Shown one piece after another: positions 22,106-32,000 of a DNA stretch of 32,000 nucleotides. Source of the DNA: Delftia acidovorans NBRC 14950 (lineage in GTDB: Bacteria; Pseudomonadota; Gammaproteobacteria; Burkholderiales; Burkholderiaceae_C); contig NZ_BCZP01000003.1 in NCBI RefSeq assembly GCF_001598795.1, forward strand, positions 120,001 to 152,000, in the 5' to 3' direction. The translations under genes and the position numbers were made by a program. The stretch's first letter is position 1. Every line of letters starts with the position of its first letter. Below the pieces are notes generated by a model. That model was not told where the DNA came from, made no database searches, and worked only from the letters and a program-made list of their open reading frames with translations.

Positions 22106-23146
22106 TCATTTCCAAAGGAATGGCGGATAGGCATCGAGATCACCGCGCAGGTGGCGGGCCAGCATTTGCGCCTGGATAAAGGGGAACAGTCCGATGGCGG
22201 CTTTTTCTTCGATGAAGGCGTGGCGCAGTTCTTCGCGCTTGCGCTCCTGGTAGGCGGTCAGCACGGTCTTGCGTGATGCTTCGGTCAGCAGGACAGCGCC
22301 GTTGTCCATGGTCTGGAAGTCGCGCTCACCCAGCTGTTTACGGTTGATCAGCGACAGCGCCAGCCGGTCCGCCAGCAGGGGGCGAAATTCCTCCAGCAAG
22401 TCCAGCGCCAGGCTGGGGCGCCCGGGCCTGTCACAGTGCAGGAAGCCCACGGCGGGGTCCAGGCCCACGCTTTCGAGTGCTGAGCGGCAGTCGTGCGTGA
22501 CGAGGGTGTAGAGAAAGGACAGCAAGGCATTGACCGCGTCGCGCGGCGGGCGCCGGCTGCGCCCGTGAAAGCGCATGGCGGGGCTGTCCACGCGAATGAG
22601 CATGTCGAACACGCCGAAATAGGCTTGCGCCGCCTCGCCCTCGTAGCCGCGCAGCATGTCCAGGCTGGTTTCTCCGGGCAGTTTTTCCGCAATGCGCCCC
22701 AGGCGCTTGTAGGCGTGCGTCAGTGCTGCCTCGGCTTCGGGCTCCAGCTTGTCGCCGTGGTCACGCAGTGCCCGGCCCAGGACCGCGCGCTGGTTGTGCA
22801 GCTTGCCCAGCAGGATGTTGTGGACGATGGCGGCGCAACGGCCCGGATCATCGCTGACCCGGTACTGCTGACGACGCAGCAGCACGTTACCGGAAACAGG
22901 CCCCTCCACCCGCGCAAGAAAGCGCCCGTTGGGCGTGAGAAAGCTGGTGCAGATGCCCTGCTCGGCGCAATAGCCCATCAGCGGTGGAGACACCAGCACG
23001 CGCCCGAAGCAGACCAGGCTCTCGAGCATGTGCACCGGCAGCCGGGCACGCTCGCGCTGCTCGACCTCCATCACGATGTTGGCACCGTCCTTGCGCAGCC
23101 AGGCGCCTTCGGTGGTCACGTACAGGGTGTTCAGTTGCCGTCGCAT
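22106..23146 (-). CDS. cas1: CRISPR-associated integrase Cas1 (type I-C)
   Basis: Starts at the ATG at 23146 (MRRQLNTLYVTTEGAWLRKDGANIVMEV...). Conserved blocks include ...GYEGEAAQAYFGVF..., RPPRDAVNALLSFLYTLV, and GLDPAVGFLHCDRPGRPSLALDLLEEFRP. Overlaps the cas4 3' end by 16 nt. The track's upstream extension to 23440 is a frame artefact. Confidence 0.95.
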   Translation of the reverse strand: MRRQLNTLYVTTEGAWLRKDGANIVMEVEQRERARLPVHMLESLVCFGRVLVSPPLMGYCAEQGICTSFLTPNGRFLARVEGPVSGNVLLRRQQYRVSDDPGRCAAIVHNILLGKLHNQRAVLGRALRDHGDKLEPEAEAALTHAYKRLGRIAEKLPGETSLDMLRGYEGEAAQAYFGVFDMLIRVDSPAMRFHGRSRRPPRDAVNALLSFLYTLVTHDCRSALESVGLDPAVGFLHCDRPGRPSLALDLLEEFRPLLADRLALSLINRKQLGERDFQTMDNGAVLLTEASRKTVLTAYQERKREELRHAFIEEKAAIGLFPFIQAQMLARHLRGDLDAYPPFLWK

Positions 23147-23787
23147 GGACCTTCTTCCATCTGCTGGCCCCATTGCGCTGACAGCCAGGCATTGACACTC
23201 TGGGTTCGCCCCAACAGCCTGGGCTGGCACAGGTCCAGCAGCGAACAGGCATCGCACAGCCGGGGGCTGTAGCGCGCCGTTGGCGTGGTGCCCGACTCCA
23301 GCATGGAGCGCACCGCAGCAATGGTGCTGCAGGTGAGCTGACGCAGTTCTTCGTCGAAGCCAACATCGGTACGCCTGCGGGCCTCGCCGTAGTAAAGGGC
23401 GCCCGCCTCTACCGGCTGGCCCAGCATGGACTCCAGGCACAGCGCCTGGGCGCAGAGCTGGACTTCATCGGCACGGTGGGCCTTGGGCCGGCCGCGCTTG
23501 TACTCCACGGGAAACGCTCGCTCGCCCTGTGGGCCCTGGTGGAACTCCACCACGTCGGCAATGCCGGTGATGCCCAGGCGCGTCTCGGCCAGCGGCATGG
23601 CCGTGACAGTGCGCACACCCTTGCGCCGCTCGGCCCTGGGCTTGTCGGCCTTTTCGTGCAGCAGCCGGCCTTCAGCCGTATGCCGGCTTTCGGCCCACAG
23701 TTGCTCGACATGGATGAGGGCGCATTGCCTTGGGCAGTACAGGTAGTGCTGCAATGCCGACAGGGCAATGGCGTCGTCTTCGCTCAT
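23131..23787 (-). CDS. cas4: CRISPR-associated RecB-like exonuclease Cas4
   Basis: 218 aa. N-terminal LQHYLYCPRQCAL (first Cys), a RecB-type nuclease core (...GIADVVEF...PVEYKRGRPK...QLCAQALCLE), and a C-terminal CDACSLLDLC cysteine cluster for the Fe-S centre. Confidence 0.92.
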   Translation of the reverse strand: MSEDDAIALSALQHYLYCPRQCALIHVEQLWAESRHTAEGRLLHEKADKPRAERRKGVRTVTAMPLAETRLGITGIADVVEFHQGPQGERAFPVEYKRGRPKAHRADEVQLCAQALCLESMLGQPVEAGALYYGEARRRTDVGFDEELRQLTCSTIAAVRSMLESGTTPTARYSPRLCDACSLLDLCQPRLLGRTQSVNAWLSAQWGQQMEEGPCDGN

Positions 23788-23814
23788 GGTGCGTCGGCGG
23801 CTTTGCCACCCGTC

Positions 23815-24692
23815 TCAGATCAGTTCCCGCAGGGTCACGCCCGAAGGCACGGCCGCAGTGTCGATGTGCACACGGTAGTCAGCAAAGCGCCGGGGAGCGC
23901 CCGCATCGGCCGGCTGTGCGGACTCCACCTTGACGGCGTCAAACAGCACATGCGCAGGCGCGTTGCCCATGGCGCTTTCATGTTCGAAGACGATGAGTTT
24001 GCGCGCCGCCATCTCGCCGCGTGCAGCGGAGCGGTCATGTTCGAACATGTTGATCAGCGCGCGCCAGAACAGGTCCAGGTCCTCGTTGGAAAACCCGGTG
24101 CGCTCGGCCAGCTTGGCCGAGATGAAGCCATGGGCACGGTACAGGCCGTAGGGAATGATGTGCTTGCGGCCCATGGTGCGGTTGTCGCCGCTCTGGGCTT
24201 CGGCCTCTTTTTCCGTGGTGACGGCCATGCGCGTGATGGAGATTTCCAGCGGCACCACGGGGTCGATGGAGGTGGCGAAGGCCATCTGTATGGGTCCGCG
24301 CACCTGACCGGCATTGACGCCCGTGGTCATGACAGCGCCGAAGGTGCGGATGTCGAAGAAGTTGGCGCACATCCAGGCCGTGATCTCGCGGGCCTTGGCT
24401 TCGTCCTTGGGCAGTTTCTTGTCTTCGGGCTTGATGCCGATGGCCTCGTAGGCCTTGCGATGCTGGTGGTTCAGGATGGCCTTTTCCTGCATGTAGATCG
24501 CATGGCCCGGTGCATCGTCCTTGTCCAGGCTCACGAAGTTGCGGATCTTGCGCTTGAGGCAGACATCGGTGACCAGGCCTCGATTGGTCTCGGGGTCCAG
24601 GCGAGGCAGGTTGCCGGCATCGGGATCGCCATTGGGATTGCCATTGGTGATGTCGAACAGGTAGACGAATTCGTAGCGGTGGGCGATGGCGG

Positions 24693-24696
<4 letters not shown>
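23815..24696 (-). CDS. cas7: Cascade backbone subunit Cas7c (Csd2)
   Basis: 293 aa. [54 protein letters not shown] is the hallmark Csd2/Cas7 type I-C N-terminus. The ATG overlaps the cas8c stop (ATGA at 24693-24696). Confidence 0.95.
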
Positions 24697-27211
<2,515 letters not shown>

Positions 27212-27237
27212 TCAGCGGCAAGACACCGTTGCCTGCG

Positions 27238-29481
27238 CTACCAGCACAAATGCTCGGTCTGGATCAGCGCGGGCTCATCCCAATGGATGCCATGGCGCGG
27301 GTCGTACAAGCCCTCGTGCGCCAGCACCATGAATTGATCACCCCATTTGCTCTCGGCCACCGGCACCACGGCCCCGGCCTTGCGCAGCGCATCAAAGCCT
27401 TGTCGCGGCAGTTGCACCAGATAGGGCTGCAGGCTGCGTGCCAGGCCCACGCTGCCTTGCGCATGCTCCAACGCCCGCAGCGCGTCCCTGGCCTTGTCGT
27501 CATACGGCACGATCACCGGCATCTGCACGCTGTCGATAAGCCGGAACTTCGCCGCCAGGGTTTCCATCGGCAGGCTGTCGAAGCGGCTTGCCGTCAGTTG
27601 CCCCAGCAGATCCGGCACATCCAGGGCCTGCGAGCCCTTTTGCCAGTACAGCAGCGAGAAGTAGCGCTTGATCGCCTCGGGGGCCAGAGGCTGCGCCTCG
27701 AACTGCCTGAGCACTTCTCGCGCCTTCTCCGCGTACTGCTTGAGTTCAGGTGGCGGCGCCCAATCCGGATTGCCCGGCAGAAACACCAGCACCTCGCTGG
27801 CATCCCTGGCGCGCCGCCCCTCCCGGTTGCAGCGGCCAGCGGCCTGGGCGATGGAGTCCAGGCCCGCCTCGGCACGCAGCACGGAGGGAAAGTCCACATC
27901 GACGCCGGCCTCGATCAGGCTCGTCGATACCAGCCGGCAGGGTTTGCCTTCCTTGAGCATCTGCCGCACTTCGGCCAGCACCTCGCTGCGGTGCCTTGCG
28001 CACATCAGCGTGGTCAGATGGCGTGCGCCGGGCAGATCGGCCATGGCCTGGTAGACGGCCCGCGCATGGCGGCGGTTGTTGACGATGCACAGCACCTGTT
28101 CGCGCGAGCGCATGTGTCCGGCCAGCGCCTCGTCGTCCAGCACGCCCAGGTGCCGCACGCGCACGCGCTCCAGTTGCTTGAACAGCCGGTCCGGGTCGGG
28201 CGCCAGTTCCCTCACTTCGTTCAGGCCGCCCTCGAAATCTGGCGCCAAAAGTGCAGGCTGGGTCGCGGTGCACAGCACCACGCTCGCGCGGTAGTTGCGC
28301 GCCAGTTCGTCGATGGCCGCCACGCAGGGCCGCAGCAGCTTGAGAGGCATGGTCTGGGCCTCGTCCAGCACGACCACGCTGCCCGCGATGCGGTGCAGCT
28401 TGCGGCATTGCGATGGCCGGGCGGCAAACAGGCTTTCGAAGAACTGCACGGCCGTGGTGACGATGATGGGCGCGTCCCAGTTCTCCATGGCCAGCTGCAG
28501 CTTCTTCTGCGCCTGGTATTTTTCGGGGTCGTCGCGCGGCGGCTCGGTCTGCACGAAAGCGCTGTGGTGCTCCAGCACGGCGGCGTCGCCCAGCGGGCCC
28601 AGGGCTCTGCGAAATACGGCGGCGTTCTGCTCGACGATGCTGGTGAATGGAATCACGAAGATCACGCGACGCAGGCCATGGCGTATGGCGTGGTCCAGTG
28701 CGAAGGCCAGCGAGGCCAGCGTCTTGCCCCCACCCGTGGGCACCGTCAAGGAAAACAGCCCAGGCGACAGTTCCGCCCGCGCACGCACATGCTGCAGGAT
28801 GCCTGAGCGAATGGGGTTGACGTCACCCCCCGTTGGCAAACCTGCCAGGAAGTGGTCGAGCTGCTCGCGCAAGGCCTGCAGGCTGGGGGCCGGCTCACCC
28901 GCGCTGCGATGATCGGGACGGCTTTCCGTCTTCAGATAAAAGCGCTCCGTATCGAGAAAATCGGCATCGACCAGGCATGAAAACATCATGCGTGTGAAAA
29001 ATGCCAACTGGAAATTCTTGCGTTTGCCGTCACAAGGCTTGAGATCGACCATTGGCAGCTTGGCGGGCAATGCGATGTCGCGCTTCCACGAGGGATCGAG
29101 TTGCGGCAATTCATAAGCATCATCGAGCCGATGACGCAATGTGGATTTTTCCCCCTGCCCATCGCCATTGGCCAAGCCTGCGTGATGCCCTGCAATGCCG
29201 TAGGCCAACAAATGGCCTATGCCGGGATAGTACTTGGCTGCAATGCGTGCACCCCAGGTGGAGTGGTCCACACGAAGAGCATCGCCTTGCAGACGCAACT
29301 GGTAGGGCCCGGTGTACTTGCCCAGATCATGCAGCCAGCCCTGTATCTCAGCCAGCTCACCGGCACCGAAGGCCTGTGCGAACTGTCGAGCCAATGTGCC
29401 CACACCCTTCAGGTGATCCGGCAGGGATTGCCAATCGGCCTTTGAAACATTGGCTGTGGAATGCGCAAAGAAGTCACCCAT
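27238..29481 (-). CDS. cas3: Cas3 HD-nuclease / SF2 helicase fusion
   Basis: 747 aa from the ATG at 29481 (MGDFFAHS...). HD-domain motifs are present (LHDLGKY, GIAGHHAGL). Helicase motifs: motif I TVPTGGGKT, motif II VVLDEAQ, and C-terminal helicase blocks (LIEAGVDVDF..., AQAAGRCNREG). The track's extension to 29556 runs through the thiC terminator and is not coding. Confidence 0.95.
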   Translation of the reverse strand: MGDFFAHSTANVSKADWQSLPDHLKGVGTLARQFAQAFGAGELAEIQGWLHDLGKYTGPYQLRLQGDALRVDHSTWGARIAAKYYPGIGHLLAYGIAGHHAGLANGDGQGEKSTLRHRLDDAYELPQLDPSWKRDIALPAKLPMVDLKPCDGKRKNFQLAFFTRMMFSCLVDADFLDTERFYLKTESRPDHRSAGEPAPSLQALREQLDHFLAGLPTGGDVNPIRSGILQHVRARAELSPGLFSLTVPTGGGKTLASLAFALDHAIRHGLRRVIFVIPFTSIVEQNAAVFRRALGPLGDAAVLEHHSAFVQTEPPRDDPEKYQAQKKLQLAMENWDAPIIVTTAVQFFESLFAARPSQCRKLHRIAGSVVVLDEAQTMPLKLLRPCVAAIDELARNYRASVVLCTATQPALLAPDFEGGLNEVRELAPDPDRLFKQLERVRVRHLGVLDDEALAGHMRSREQVLCIVNNRRHARAVYQAMADLPGARHLTTLMCARHRSEVLAEVRQMLKEGKPCRLVSTSLIEAGVDVDFPSVLRAEAGLDSIAQAAGRCNREGRRARDASEVLVFLPGNPDWAPPPELKQYAEKAREVLRQFEAQPLAPEAIKRYFSLLYWQKGSQALDVPDLLGQLTASRFDSLPMETLAAKFRLIDSVQMPVIVPYDDKARDALRALEHAQGSVGLARSLQPYLVQLPRQGFDALRKAGAVVPVAESKWGDQFMVLAHEGLYDPRHGIHWDEPALIQTEHLCW

Positions 29482-29534
29482 AAGACAATTCAGATTCTTC
29501 CGTCTATTTCTCGGCAAAACAGGAATAGTCCTAA

Positions 29535-29577
29535 GAAAAAACACCGCAGGCACCAAAGCGCCTGCGGTGTTTATTTG
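29535..29577 (-). terminator. Rho-independent terminator of thiC, structurally bidirectional, insulating the cas3 upstream region
   Basis: An 11-bp perfect stem, ACACCGCAGGC (29541-29551) with GCCTGCGGTGT (29560-29570), and an 8-nt loop. It is flanked by A5 (29536-29540), which gives a U-tract on the minus strand, and by TTATTT (29571-29576). Confidence 0.8.
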
Positions 29578-29653
29578 ACCAGTCCAAGGCTGGACCGACT
29601 ATAGGGGAAATATCCGCCTACAGAGCGCATTCCTGATCAGGAATCAGCGGATT

Positions 29654-31995
<2,342 letters not shown>

Positions 31996-32000
31996 GGGGA

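Noticed and set aside
23147-23440. Upstream in-frame extensions of cas1 (to 23440), cas8c (to 26756), cas3 (to 29556), thiC (to 31942), the MCP (to 4927) and the FAH gene (from 5061).
   Set aside because: In each case the conserved family N-terminus begins at an internal ATG, which has an SD or a stop-start overlap in all cases except cas3. Each extension overlaps the neighbouring gene, a terminator or the riboswitch.

Overview
This is a high-GC chromosomal segment: sampled 60-nt lines are about 67% GC. Protein similarities suggest a Comamonadaceae-like betaproteobacterium, which is inference only.

Left half (1-16.1 kb), mostly ordinary genes:
- a 5'-truncated MscK/KefA-like mechanosensitive channel
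- a ~1.2 kb low-GC islet (sampled lines 40-50% GC) with two overlapping genes
- a methyl-accepting chemotaxis protein
- an FAH-family hydrolase
- pmbA, divergent from yjgA-mog
- an orphan LivK-type solute-binding protein
- a macA-macB-NodT tripartite efflux operon
- a trimeric-type porin

Right half (16.45-29.5 kb): a complete type I-C CRISPR-Cas locus, all on the minus strand. The order is cas3-cas5c-cas8c-cas7c-cas4-cas1-cas2, then the leader, then a very long array of 77 repeats and 76 spacers. The array accounts for every short '[10 protein letters not shown] / [11 protein letters not shown] / [10 protein letters not shown]' ORF in the track. The window ends with thiC (minus strand) preceded by a TPP riboswitch.

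I found no transposase, integrase, tRNA or rRNA.

I cannot point to an unambiguous new multi-gene system. The best candidate for something under-described is the low-GC islet at 1.9-3.1 kb. It encodes an SH3b + Tlde1/DUF2778-like L,D-transpeptidase-fold protein with an overlapping lipoprotein gene, which may be an orphan toxin/immunity pair.

Secondary points of interest lie inside the CRISPR locus:
- a textbook internal SD+GTG for Cas11c within cas8c
- a terminator-like hairpin in an unusual 129-bp cas1-cas2 gap
- a tandemly duplicated spacer
- decayed trailer repeats

All calls come from reading the sequence and translations by eye. No database search was run.
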